DNA of 64,000 nucleotides from an uncultured bacterium (GTDB lineage: Bacteria; Hydrogenedentota; CAZGCA01): assembly GCA_964524145.1 (NCBI GenBank), contig CAZGCA010000005.1:31038-95037 (forward strand), read 5' to 3'. This document shows positions 25,154 to 34,400 of this stretch, one piece after another. Below the pieces are notes generated by a model, which worked only from the letters and a program-made list of their open reading frames with translations, searched no databases and was not told where the DNA came from. The first letter of the stretch is position 1, and each line of letters opens with the position of its first letter. A program made the position numbers and the translations under genes.

Positions 25154-26386
25154 TTACCTCACGAGATTAACTGTCTCGTTCAGAATCAGGTCGGCCGTCG
25201 TGACCGTTCTCGCGTTAGCCTGGAACGCACGCTGTGCGAGGATCATGTTGGCGAACTCGGTCGCCAGGTCGACGTTCGATCCTTCGAGCGCGCCGCCGAC
25301 CATGCTGCCTCGGTCGCGGTCGTTCGGAGCACCTATTCGGGCCGCGCCGCTGTTAATGGTCGTAGCAAAGAGGTTGCTGCCTTCCCTGCTCAGGCCGCCG
25401 GGGTTGCTGAACGTTGCGAGCGCGACCTGTCCGAGCGTCTCGGTCAGCCCGTTCGAGTAGACGCCGGTGATCATGCCACTGGTGCCTATCGAGAAGCTCT
25501 CCAACGTTCCCTGGGTAAACCCGTCCTGGCTCAACACCGCAACGCTCGTATCGCCCGACAACTGTGACATACCACTGAAATCGACGCTGATTGACGAGTC
25601 GGCGGCACCGTTGGCGTACGTGGTGATGGTTATTGTGCCCGGGCTACCGGCCAATACCTGCCCATCGGAGTCGAACGTGAGAACATTGCCGGCAGGCGTG
25701 GTGTTCGTACCGGCGGACACGGCACTGACGTCCCAAGTCCAGGCGCCTGGTCCCGTACGCACGAAGTCGAGCGTCACGTCCACGGGCGTTCCCAGCGAGT
25801 CATAGACTGTGATCGTTCGCTGTAACGTCGAGGTCAGCGGCGTGGCGGGATCCAGGTTGCCCACAAGCGCCGCCGCTGTTGTCGCAGCCGCAGTGCTCGC
25901 ACCGCCAAGAGGGATCGACAGTTGGCCGTACGGTCCGTTGGGATCAACGACACCGCTGACCGCCGTGAACCCCTGCGCGTAGAGACCCGTTGCGGGATCG
26001 ACCAGGAACCCGTCCCGGTCTATCAGAAACGAGCCGTCGCGCGTGAAGAAGTTCTGCGTCTGGTTCGCATCGCTCATCACGAAGAACCCGTCGCCCTGTA
26101 TGGCGAGATCGCTCAGAACGTTCGTCGTGAGCAGCGATCCCTGGGTGTAATCGGTGTCTATGGTGCCTATCCTGACACCGAGCCCGACCTGCTGCGGGTT
26201 CGTGCCGCTGGTGGCGGCTGTGCCGCCCGACGCGCCCTGCAGGGTCTGACTGAACAGATCCTGAAACAGCACGCGGGCGCCTCTGTACCCCGTCGTGTTG
26301 ACGTTGGCTATGTTGTTACCAATGACGTCGAGCTTTGCCTGCTGCCCCTGCAGCCCGCTGACGCCACTAAATATTGCTGCACCCAT
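25154..26386 (-). CDS. flgE: Flagellar hook protein FlgE
   Basis: N-terminal SGLQGQQAKLDVIGNNIANVNTTGYR and C-terminal ANMILAQRAFQANARTVTTADLIL are rod/hook family motifs. AGGAGG RBS lies upstream of the ATG. Confidence 0.9.
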   Translation of the reverse strand: MGAAIFSGVSGLQGQQAKLDVIGNNIANVNTTGYRGARVLFQDLFSQTLQGASGGTAATSGTNPQQVGLGVRIGTIDTDYTQGSLLTTNVLSDLAIQGDGFFVMSDANQTQNFFTRDGSFLIDRDGFLVDPATGLYAQGFTAVSGVVDPNGPYGQLSIPLGGASTAAATTAAALVGNLDPATPLTSTLQRTITVYDSLGTPVDVTLDFVRTGPGAWTWDVSAVSAGTNTTPAGNVLTFDSDGQVLAGSPGTITITTYANGAADSSISVDFSGMSQLSGDTSVAVLSQDGFTQGTLESFSIGTSGMITGVYSNGLTETLGQVALATFSNPGGLSREGSNLFATTINSGAARIGAPNDRDRGSMVGGALEGSNVDLATEFANMILAQRAFQANARTVTTADLILNETVNLVR

Positions 26387-26464
26387 TGTAGACCTCCTTG
26401 TCTCCGTTGCCTCTGTCAGTCGGCAACGTCGTGAGGCTTCCTCTTTCGAGGTCCGGCCTCTGGT

Positions 26465-26881
26465 TTAGCTTCCTTGTCCTGCAACCGCTCCGTTTGCCCG
26501 GACGATCACCGCACTGTCAATGTTCGTGAAGACGCTGTCGTGCATCTCCTCCTGAACCATCGCAGTGATCACCGTGCGCTTCGGCACGCTGACAACCAAC
26601 GCCACCTTGTCCATGACAAGCAGCGATTCCCGTGCGCCCTTCAGGGCTGCACTGTCGACTGCCTGACGGACAAGCGCCTGCTCGGCATCGCTCAAATGGA
26701 TCTTGCGCGTCGCAAGACGTTTCTGAGCGTGCGCCGAGAACCGTACGTCGCCGGTGCCCTTGGCGATCTCGGTGTCGAGAACCGCCTTGAAGCTCGGCGC
26801 GCCCGGCTCGGGTCGCGTTGCCGGTCGTGGTTGGCCGACAACCGGTCGCGGTTGTATTGGAGTTACTATCTTGTTAACCAT
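26465..26881 (-). CDS. Small flagellar-operon protein between flgD and flgE (TIGR02530-like, putative)
   Basis: Assignment is by position only, as in Firmicute/Thermotoga/spirochaete operons. No strong motif. Start chosen at MVNKI to minimise overlap with flgD. Confidence 0.3.
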   Translation of the reverse strand: MVNKIVTPIQPRPVVGQPRPATRPEPGAPSFKAVLDTEIAKGTGDVRFSAHAQKRLATRKIHLSDAEQALVRQAVDSAALKGARESLLVMDKVALVVSVPKRTVITAMVQEEMHDSVFTNIDSAVIVRANGAVAGQGS

Positions 26882-27298
26882 TGTTTGAACCTGCATCCAG
26901 TTGGTAGACCCGGAACACGCTTTCCAGCCGTACCGGAACACCATCCACCATCAGTACCGGTACCGAGTTTTCGAACATCACCTCGTTTACCTCACCGGTT
27001 ACCACCGAGCCGTCCGGCCCGATCGCCTCGACGCCCTTCCCGACCAGGCTCGTCGCTTGCAGGAGTCCAAACGCCTGGAAACCGCTGCGCAGATTGGTCA
27101 TCTGCTCGAGCGCTGTGAACTCCGCGAGCTGGCTCAGGAATTCGCGGTCAGAGATTGGTTCGAGCGGATCCTGGTTGGCGAGTTCCGTCGTGAGAAGCAT
27201 CAGGAAATCTTCCTGCATAAGCTCCGAGTCGGTACCCGCAATTCCCTCAGGTAGCCCGAACAACTGCGTAAATACGGGCGATACATTCAAGCTGCTCC
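26874..27298 (-). CDS. flgD: Flagellar hook-capping/assembly protein FlgD
   Basis: EDFLMLLTTELANQDPLEPISDREFLSQLAEFTALEQ is the FlgD N-terminal motif, with a Tudor-like C-terminus. A probable TTG start sits ~9 nt after an AGGAGG RBS. The ORF-track start at 27383 overlaps fliK. Confidence 0.8.
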
Positions 27299-27318
27299 AC
27301 CTCCTTTCAACTGCTTGT

Positions 27319-30207
27319 TTATGCAACCAGATCCAAATGGCCGTCGTGTGCAATCCGCGTCCGCAGATCCGCCGTTGCGACATCCAACGCGTCGTCGCGC
27401 AGGTCTTGAGCAGACGTGTCTTGGTCTGACGGCATGGTGTTGTTCCTTTCGTTGGCGAGCCAACTATCGAGCTGTTCGCCGCCGCTGGTGTCGACCGTTA
27501 CATGCACGAGCTCGACGCCTTCGTTTTGAAGCGCCTCGTGCAGCGCGGGCAATCCGCTTTCGAGCAAGCTGCGCGTTTCAGCGTAGCGCGCGACGATCTC
27601 GAGCTTGACCGCGTTGCCGTCCTGGGAGACTATCCGCAGGTTGACCTCGCCGAGAGTCGGCGGCTCGAGCCGGAGACGTATCTCCGATACATCCCTCGAC
27701 GTCATGAGCCGTGCGGACCGTACGATCTGGCCCGCGACCTTCTCAGCACGGTCTGCCGCGTAGGACTCCGGCAGAGAGAACTCCTGTTCTGCCTGCTGGA
27801 CGTTCGTCTCCTGTTGAGCGTGGTTCGAGACCGGCGTTGCAGTCTCGGCGAACGTCTCGTGGCGCGTGCCCTGTTCGGCGTTCGCGTCAGTGCCTGACGT
27901 TGCGGGCGCTTGCGCGCGTCCCTCAACACCGGCCGCCGCTGTCGCTTTCGCCACAGCTGTGCTGTCGGTTGCAGGAACGCTCTCTTGCGCCACGGGGCTT
28001 GCAGTCTCGCCCGCCTTCGCCACGTCGGCCAACGGTCCACCTTCCTTCAGGCTTTCACCCTGGCCGGAAGACTTCGTCTCGACGTTCGTGACGAACGCAG
28101 ATGCGTTGGCCCCGGCGTCAGGCGTGTAAGGTTCCACTGCCTCGGGAGCCTGGTTCGTGGTTCCGGTCGGCACAGCGTTAGGCGGCGAACCGCCTTGTTC
28201 CGCCTTGGGGTCGGCACCGGCACCGGCTTCAGCGGTTCCGATTTCGGCCGGAGCGACTTCTTGAGCCTGAACAAACGTGCGTACAGGCGCAGGTTCCGTT
28301 GTGGCGCTCTGCACACGCGGACTCGAAGCTGTGGCCGTGGCCGTCACCGTTTCCGGAACCGGAATCTCCTGCTCGTTGCCAACGAGAGGTCCTTCCTGCT
28401 CAGCCGGTTGAACCACTGAGCCGGGCGGCTGTGCTTCCTGAGCAGTCAGCTCAGGCTCTTGCAGCTTGCCACCCACAGCGTCCGGTTCGGTTTCAGGTGC
28501 CACATATTCGACTTCCGGCGGTACGGTCGATCCGACGATAGGCGCCGGAGACGGTTCTGCCGCACCAGCGGACTCGACGTCCTCTTCGAACTCGTTATCT
28601 CCGAAGAGTTGTTCGACCGAAGGCGCCGCCGGTGGTGTCGGCATCGCGCTCTCTTCCAGAGGCGAATCCGTCCCTTCGTCGACAACGCTAACGTTGGCCG
28701 GCATCTCGTCATCGACCACCGCCGCAACAACCGGTGCCACAGGTTCTTCTGTGGTCGTCAGGCCGGATGCAGCCAACACAATCGGCTCCATGGCCGCTTC
28801 CGGTGTCACCGCCGTTATCGGGCGCTCTGCATCGTCGATACTTGCGATGAGTGGCGCTGACGAAGGCTGATCAACCGGCTTGTCGGCCGGTTCCGGTTCG
28901 TCCAGTCCGGCAACCACGATCGGCTCCGGTCGTCCCACTGTAAGGCTTGGGGACGGGTTTGCGCCTACCGGTGCCGCTTCAGGGCCCTCGACTCCGTTTT
29001 GGGGAGCGGACTCATCCGCGATCTCCGGGGACACTGCAGGAACCGCAACGTCAACTGCATTCTCCGGTTCCTCGGTTCCCGTTACGACTGCCGGGTCGAC
29101 GTCAACAACCGCCGGTGCCGGCACGTTCTGCACCGTTTCCGCGGACGCCCCAGACGTTTCGACATCAGGGGTACGTTCCGCTTCATCGGTGCTCGCCGCA
29201 ACCGCAGGCATGACGTCAACAACGCTTACCGTCGGCGTGCCCTGTTCCAACCCCGTAATCGCTACGGTCTGTTCCGGAACAAGGCCGGTTGCCGGCGGCG
29301 GTTGTTGCTGCACCGCGTCCGCGAGTGCCTCGCGGGTTGGCGCGACGATATCGCCCTGCGGTTCCGCCATCTCGCCGGTCGACTGAGCCACTACCAGCAC
29401 GTCCGCATCTGGCTTCACCGTTGCGGTTTTACCGTCCGGCGCAGCCATCAGCACGGGTGCTGCGGCTGCCGAAGACGGTTCTCCGGCCGGTACTTCCGGG
29501 GCCGTTGCTGCAGGTACCGACGCGACGCCGGCACTCGGTTCAGCCGAGGATGCCACCACAATAGGATCCGGTGGCGGCACAACAGGTACACGTTCCGGAC
29601 CGGCCTGTTCGAAGCTGGCCGTCGCCGTTGTTTCCGGCGTTTCGCCGACCATCGTAACGGGCTGCTCGGCGGATTCGGTCTCAGATGGGACCGCCCCGTC
29701 TCGGGCAGCCACCGGTTGGAGCGGTCGCTCTCCGGACGCTACAGGAGACTGGTCTACCTGGGTGGATGGCACCGTCTGCGCATCCACAACCTCGAACACA
29801 TCCGGCTGGACTACAGCGTTTACAGCCGGTTGTGCTGACGAGACCACTGTCTCGGCTTCGGCATATGCAACGCCGGCTTGGCCTTCGGGCACTGCGGCCG
29901 TAGCGGATTCCGGATCAACCAGAACAGCTCCGGGCGCGTGGCCGGCGGAAACCGAAGCGGCCGTATCGCCTTCGGTTTGTCCGGGCTGTTGATTCGTCGG
30001 CGGGGACGGGTTTGTCGCAACCGTCGCGCCGACAACATCCTGCCCGGTCACGCCATCCAGCGTCCCTGCACCAGTTGCATACTGTGCAAGTATCTCGCTG
30101 AATAACGAGGCTGCGGCGTCTTCCGGCGGGCTCAAGGCAGCAAGGATGCTGCTCGCCGTCGGCAGAGACTCCACGGGCGGAATAATCACTTCACCCATAT
30201 ACATCAC
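27319..30207 (-). CDS. fliK: Flagellar hook-length control protein FliK, unusually long (962 aa) with a Pro/Ala/Glu/Thr-rich spacer
   Basis: C-terminal Flg_hook domain (IRLRLEPPTLGEVNLRIVSQDGNAVKLEIVARYAETRSLLESGLPALHEALQNEGVEL). A ~700-aa low-complexity region precedes it. Confidence 0.8.
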   Translation of the reverse strand: MMYMGEVIIPPVESLPTASSILAALSPPEDAAASLFSEILAQYATGAGTLDGVTGQDVVGATVATNPSPPTNQQPGQTEGDTAASVSAGHAPGAVLVDPESATAAVPEGQAGVAYAEAETVVSSAQPAVNAVVQPDVFEVVDAQTVPSTQVDQSPVASGERPLQPVAARDGAVPSETESAEQPVTMVGETPETTATASFEQAGPERVPVVPPPDPIVVASSAEPSAGVASVPAATAPEVPAGEPSSAAAAPVLMAAPDGKTATVKPDADVLVVAQSTGEMAEPQGDIVAPTREALADAVQQQPPPATGLVPEQTVAITGLEQGTPTVSVVDVMPAVAASTDEAERTPDVETSGASAETVQNVPAPAVVDVDPAVVTGTEEPENAVDVAVPAVSPEIADESAPQNGVEGPEAAPVGANPSPSLTVGRPEPIVVAGLDEPEPADKPVDQPSSAPLIASIDDAERPITAVTPEAAMEPIVLAASGLTTTEEPVAPVVAAVVDDEMPANVSVVDEGTDSPLEESAMPTPPAAPSVEQLFGDNEFEEDVESAGAAEPSPAPIVGSTVPPEVEYVAPETEPDAVGGKLQEPELTAQEAQPPGSVVQPAEQEGPLVGNEQEIPVPETVTATATASSPRVQSATTEPAPVRTFVQAQEVAPAEIGTAEAGAGADPKAEQGGSPPNAVPTGTTNQAPEAVEPYTPDAGANASAFVTNVETKSSGQGESLKEGGPLADVAKAGETASPVAQESVPATDSTAVAKATAAAGVEGRAQAPATSGTDANAEQGTRHETFAETATPVSNHAQQETNVQQAEQEFSLPESYAADRAEKVAGQIVRSARLMTSRDVSEIRLRLEPPTLGEVNLRIVSQDGNAVKLEIVARYAETRSLLESGLPALHEALQNEGVELVHVTVDTSGGEQLDSWLANERNNTMPSDQDTSAQDLRDDALDVATADLRTRIAHDGHLDLVA

Positions 30208-30268
30208 CTCCTTTCTCTATGAGATTTTAGCAATCCGTGTCATGCACGGAGTAATGGTCCAAGGAGAA

Positions 30269-30835
30269 TCAGCCTGTTTGTCTCAGTAACTCCTTGAGTA
30301 TCGCTGCAACGCGTTCCGCATCATCGGCAGTTGTCCCCATCTTCTCGAGAACTTTGGCTCTCGCCTTCGCGCTCATGCGGGACAGAATCTTGAGTTGGTC
30401 CTCAAGCTCAAGCTTGCCGAGCTGTGCAGCGGCCTCTTGCTCCTTCATCTCTTCATAGGTTTTCACCCAATCGGACAGTTGTGCGTCTTGCTCTTGGGTC
30501 AGCGCTTCGAATTGTGCTGTCACCTGGTCGAGCGTCTCCTGAGCGTCGCGCTGAAGCGATTCGAGATCCTTCCGCTCCATCTGCAACCGTTTCCATTCCT
30601 CTTCAATCTCTGCCTCTCTCGCTTCGAGTTCCGTCTCCCTGGCCGCCATCTTCTCAGCTATCGTCACCGGCGTGGGCGGCGCTTTGAGCTCCGTGATCGC
30701 AAGCGAGTTGGTTTTCCCGCCTCGCAGCCGCTGGATCGTTTCCGGGTTGAGATACCCTTTTTGGAAAAGGAGACCTCCCGCAACAAGCACGAAAACAAAC
30801 AGCCCCGAACCCAACGCTTTCAGTATTGTACCCAT
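30269..30835 (-). CDS. YlxF-like flagellar protein (FlaA-locus 22.9 kDa / MgtE-N-like)
   Basis: N-terminal TM, a central coiled coil and a C-terminal LKILSRMSAKARAKVLEKM MgtE-N-like segment. It occupies the ylxF position between fliJ and fliK. Confidence 0.45.
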   Translation of the reverse strand: MGTILKALGSGLFVFVLVAGGLLFQKGYLNPETIQRLRGGKTNSLAITELKAPPTPVTIAEKMAARETELEAREAEIEEEWKRLQMERKDLESLQRDAQETLDQVTAQFEALTQEQDAQLSDWVKTYEEMKEQEAAAQLGKLELEDQLKILSRMSAKARAKVLEKMGTTADDAERVAAILKELLRQTG

Positions 30836-30859
30836 GGCTACCCCTGCTGCCTCCGCGGA

Positions 30860-31318
30860 TCACACAGCCCGGTCACGAACTGCGGCTCGCACATTACCCA
30901 CCTCGTCCAGAAACTTACGCTCTTTCTCTGTCAGCAGTTTCTCGAAATCCGCCTTATCACGTTCTCTGAGACGTTCGACGGTCTTTTTCCGTTTCGATGC
31001 CTCCACAACCTCGACACGTTTTGCCTCTTCACCGTCTCTGAGTTCGACGATTCGCGCTGTCAACTTCTCGACTATCCCGCGGAGTCTCACCATGTACGCC
31101 TGGTAGTCACGCAACGAGAAGACGTCCAGGTCGCCGTGGCAATTCTCCGAGAAGTCCTGTATGCACAGCCGCTCGAGCTGGACCAACTCGGCGCGGCGGG
31201 AATCCTCTGCCCTAATCTCCCGCTGCAGCTCGGCCAGATCTTGTGCGAGCCTGTCCAGGATGCGCTTGCGGTACAACAACAGCGCCTCGTAACGGAATTT
31301 GAACCTCCTTAGAGCCAT
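30860..31318 (-). CDS. fliJ: Flagellar export protein FliJ
   Basis: Coiled-coil protein of 152 aa (RFKFRYEALLLYRKRILDRLAQDLAELQREI) immediately downstream of fliI. Confidence 0.7.
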   Translation of the reverse strand: MALRRFKFRYEALLLYRKRILDRLAQDLAELQREIRAEDSRRAELVQLERLCIQDFSENCHGDLDVFSLRDYQAYMVRLRGIVEKLTARIVELRDGEEAKRVEVVEASKRKKTVERLRERDKADFEKLLTEKERKFLDEVGNVRAAVRDRAV

Positions 31319-31350
31319 CCCTCAAACAGTCCCCTTCCGACAGGACATCC

Positions 31351-32682
31351 TCAGTGACCGCCGCCAAAGATCTCGGCAAGCTGGTCGAGATTGGCATCGA
31401 AATGGCGTTTCACCGTCAGGTTCTGTTGCAGAAACGCGTTCACCAGCGATATCTTCTTTCTTGCATAATCGATGTCGGGATTGCTTCCCTCAACATATGC
31501 GCCGATGTTAATGAGATCCTCCGCGTCGCGATACGTCGCAAGCACGTGCCTCACTTGGTTGGCGAACTCGGCGTGTTCGGGCTTCGCAACGTCAACCATC
31601 ACCCTGCTCACGCTTTGGAGAATATCGATCGCAGGATAATGGTTGCGCGACGCCATGTCTCTCGATAATACGATATGGCCGTCAAGTATCGCCCGAACCG
31701 CGTCGCCGACAGGATCGTTGATATCATCGCCCTCAACAAGGACCGTGTAGAACCCGGTGATGCTTCCCTGAGGCGACGTTCCGGCACGTTCGAGCAATCT
31801 CGGTAGGAGGGCAAACACCGACGGCGGGTAGCCTCGTGTCGTCGGAGGTTCGCCGATAGCGAGGCCCATCTCTCTCTGTGCCATGGCGAACCGTGTCACC
31901 GAGTCCATCAGCAGGAAGACGTCCATGCCGCGGTCTCGAAAATACTCCGCAACGGCCGTGGCCACCGACGCACCTTTCAGCCTGAGCAGCGCCGGTTCGT
32001 CCGAAGTCACCGCAACCACAACGGAACGTTTCAACCCCTCTTCACCGAGGTCGCGTTCGATAAAATCTTTCACCTCGCGACCGCGTTCACCTATGAGCGC
32101 TATGACATTGATATCGGCGCTCGTATGGCGCGCGATCATTCCCAGCAGCATACTCTTGCCTATTCCACTACCCGAGAATATCCCTATCCTCTGACCTTTA
32201 CCGCACGTCAAACACGAATCGATCGCCGCAACACCCGTGGCTATGTGCTCGCGTATCCTCCTGCGCTCAAGCGGGTTTATCGGTGTACTGTGGAGCGGGT
32301 ACTCGGTATCCCAGTCCATCGGGCCGTTACCGTCTATCGGGTCGCCGCGACTGTTTATGACACGGCCGACAAGACCACTGCCCACGCCCACGGTCATCGG
32401 TTTGTGCGTCGGTTCGACAATACTCTCGGGACCGATGCCGCGCATCTCTCCCAGCGGCATCAACAGCGCACGGTTCCCGCGAAACCCGACGACTTCGGCC
32501 TGCAACGGCTCGTTGTTGCGCGACGAATGGACGTAGCACAGGTCGCCAATCGAGACAGCCGGTCCGGTGGCCTCTATGACAAGCCCGACTATCTGGACGA
32601 CCTTACCCTTGATTCGAATCGGGTCGACCGACTCGAGCTTGTCGTGATACTTCGATAGGTCAAAAGCTGGTAAACTCACCAA
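31351..32682 (-). CDS. fliI: Flagellum-specific ATP synthase FliI
   Basis: Walker A GSGIGKS, the F1/T3SS ATPase fold, and an N-terminal IEATGP motif. Confidence 0.9.
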   Translation of the reverse strand: MVSLPAFDLSKYHDKLESVDPIRIKGKVVQIVGLVIEATGPAVSIGDLCYVHSSRNNEPLQAEVVGFRGNRALLMPLGEMRGIGPESIVEPTHKPMTVGVGSGLVGRVINSRGDPIDGNGPMDWDTEYPLHSTPINPLERRRIREHIATGVAAIDSCLTCGKGQRIGIFSGSGIGKSMLLGMIARHTSADINVIALIGERGREVKDFIERDLGEEGLKRSVVVAVTSDEPALLRLKGASVATAVAEYFRDRGMDVFLLMDSVTRFAMAQREMGLAIGEPPTTRGYPPSVFALLPRLLERAGTSPQGSITGFYTVLVEGDDINDPVGDAVRAILDGHIVLSRDMASRNHYPAIDILQSVSRVMVDVAKPEHAEFANQVRHVLATYRDAEDLINIGAYVEGSNPDIDYARKKISLVNAFLQQNLTVKRHFDANLDQLAEIFGGGH

Positions 32683-32686
32683 TCAC

Positions 32687-33322
32687 TCACTCCAACAACT
32701 CGGCAACTATATGGGCTATTTGCGCGTCGACCGTGCCGTTGACAAGGAGCGAGTCGGTCTGGACGAGACATCCACCCGGCTCGATCTCGCTGTCAGCAAC
32801 AACCTCGATCTTGGATATGCCGTCGAACGCCTGTGCAAGCTCGGCTTTGTGCTCGCGCATCTTGTCGACGTCACTGGGATTGACCGAGACGACGATCTGT
32901 TCTCTTTCGAGCAGCTTGGAGACCGCCCTTGTTACGGTTTGCTTCACGGCATCGTCGTCGAGTCGCACCTCTCGTTCGAGAACCTTGCGTGCAATATCGG
33001 CAGCCAGCCGTACAACGTGCGGTTCAAGCGACGCAACAAACTGGCGTTCATCTTCCACAATCTGCCGAGCAACAGCCCGCAGGGCGTCAAGTAGACTGGC
33101 AGCCTCCTTCTCGATCCGCTCTCGGCCCTCGGTTTCCCCGGCAGCGAGTCCGTCGCTGTACGCTTTCTCCCGGATGTGTTCGGCCTCTTCCTGCGCCTGC
33201 TCGATGAGTTGTTTCGGGGACAGCCCCTCGATCAGTCCTTTCTCGGCCTCAAGGGTTTCACGCGCATACGCGGACATGGTCTTGAGCTTCGCCGCGTCGT
33301 CCGGCTTGATCACTTTAGACAA
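32687..33322 (-). CDS. fliH: Flagellar assembly protein FliH
   Basis: Glu/Ala-rich coiled-coil protein of 211 aa, located between fliG and fliI. Confidence 0.6.
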   Translation of the reverse strand: MSKVIKPDDAAKLKTMSAYARETLEAEKGLIEGLSPKQLIEQAQEEAEHIREKAYSDGLAAGETEGRERIEKEAASLLDALRAVARQIVEDERQFVASLEPHVVRLAADIARKVLEREVRLDDDAVKQTVTRAVSKLLEREQIVVSVNPSDVDKMREHKAELAQAFDGISKIEVVADSEIEPGGCLVQTDSLLVNGTVDAQIAHIVAELLE

Positions 33323-34334
33323 TGATCTCGTCCTCCTCGCCGCCCCGACCCGCGATCAGAACCTCTCCCGCCTCCTCGAGTCGTCTAATAACTGTGACGA
33401 TCTTCTGTTGGGCTTCCTCGACGCTGCGCAACCTGACGGGACCCATGAACTCCATCTCCTCCTGGATAAGCGTTCGGGCCCTCTGCGACATGTTTCTGAA
33501 TATCTTCTCCTGCACCTCGGGCGTGGACATCTTCAGCGCGAGCGCGAGGTCCTTGTTGTCGATCTCTCGCAACGACTTCTGGATGCCGGCGTCGTCAACG
33601 AGCACGAGGTCGTCAAACACAAACATGAGCTTCTTGATCTCGTCGGCGAGTTCCGGGTCTCTCTCCTCGAGCTCGGAGAAGATGTTCTTCTCGATCCCCC
33701 GCTCGGTACGTATGAGCACCTCGGCGACATCCTTGATCCCGCCGGCGAAAGTGGCCCCTTGGGTGAACACCGTCGCTATCTTGCGCTCGAGCACTCGTTC
33801 GACCTCCCGGACGACCTCGGGTGCCGTTCGGTCCATGGTGGCGATGCGCATCACCACTTCGGCACGCTCCTCTTCGGGCAGTGATGCAAGGATCGTGGCC
33901 GCAGTCGCATGATCGAGGTGCGCGAGTATGAGTGCTATGGTCTGAGGGTGTTCTTCCTGGATGAAGTTGCAGATCTGTGCCGGATCGGCTTTGTTCATGA
34001 ATTCAAACGGGACCCGCTGCAACATGCCCTGCAGTCGTGAAAGAATCTCGACCGCTTTCTCCTCGCCAATGGTTCCCTCGAGCAGCGATCGAGCGTAGTC
34101 CATACCGCCCGTTACAAGGAACTCGCGCGCCTGAGCCATGTTGCGGAACTCCTCAACGACGGCAGCACGTGTCTCGGCATCGACGATACCCAGCCCTGCG
34201 ACCTCGAGCGTGATCTGTTGTATATCATCATCGGACAAGTGGGTAAAGACGCCTTTGAGCGCCTCCGGCCCCAGGGCCGCAACGATGATAGCGGCCTTCT
34301 TCCTGCCGTCAAGCTTAAGTTCTGCCATGAGCAT
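33315..34334 (-). CDS. fliG: Flagellar motor switch protein FliG
   Basis: GRKKAAIIVAALGPEALKGVFTHLSDDDIQQI N-terminus and the C-terminal torque-helix region. 339 aa. Confidence 0.9.
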   Translation of the reverse strand: MLMAELKLDGRKKAAIIVAALGPEALKGVFTHLSDDDIQQITLEVAGLGIVDAETRAAVVEEFRNMAQAREFLVTGGMDYARSLLEGTIGEEKAVEILSRLQGMLQRVPFEFMNKADPAQICNFIQEEHPQTIALILAHLDHATAATILASLPEEERAEVVMRIATMDRTAPEVVREVERVLERKIATVFTQGATFAGGIKDVAEVLIRTERGIEKNIFSELEERDPELADEIKKLMFVFDDLVLVDDAGIQKSLREIDNKDLALALKMSTPEVQEKIFRNMSQRARTLIQEEMEFMGPVRLRSVEEAQQKIVTVIRRLEEAGEVLIAGRGGEEDEIIV

Positions 34335-34400
34335 TCCCCTCCGTCATTGTTATTGAGTTCCATCTCAGCTCATTGGCATCCATGCCGACGATCTCAATCC

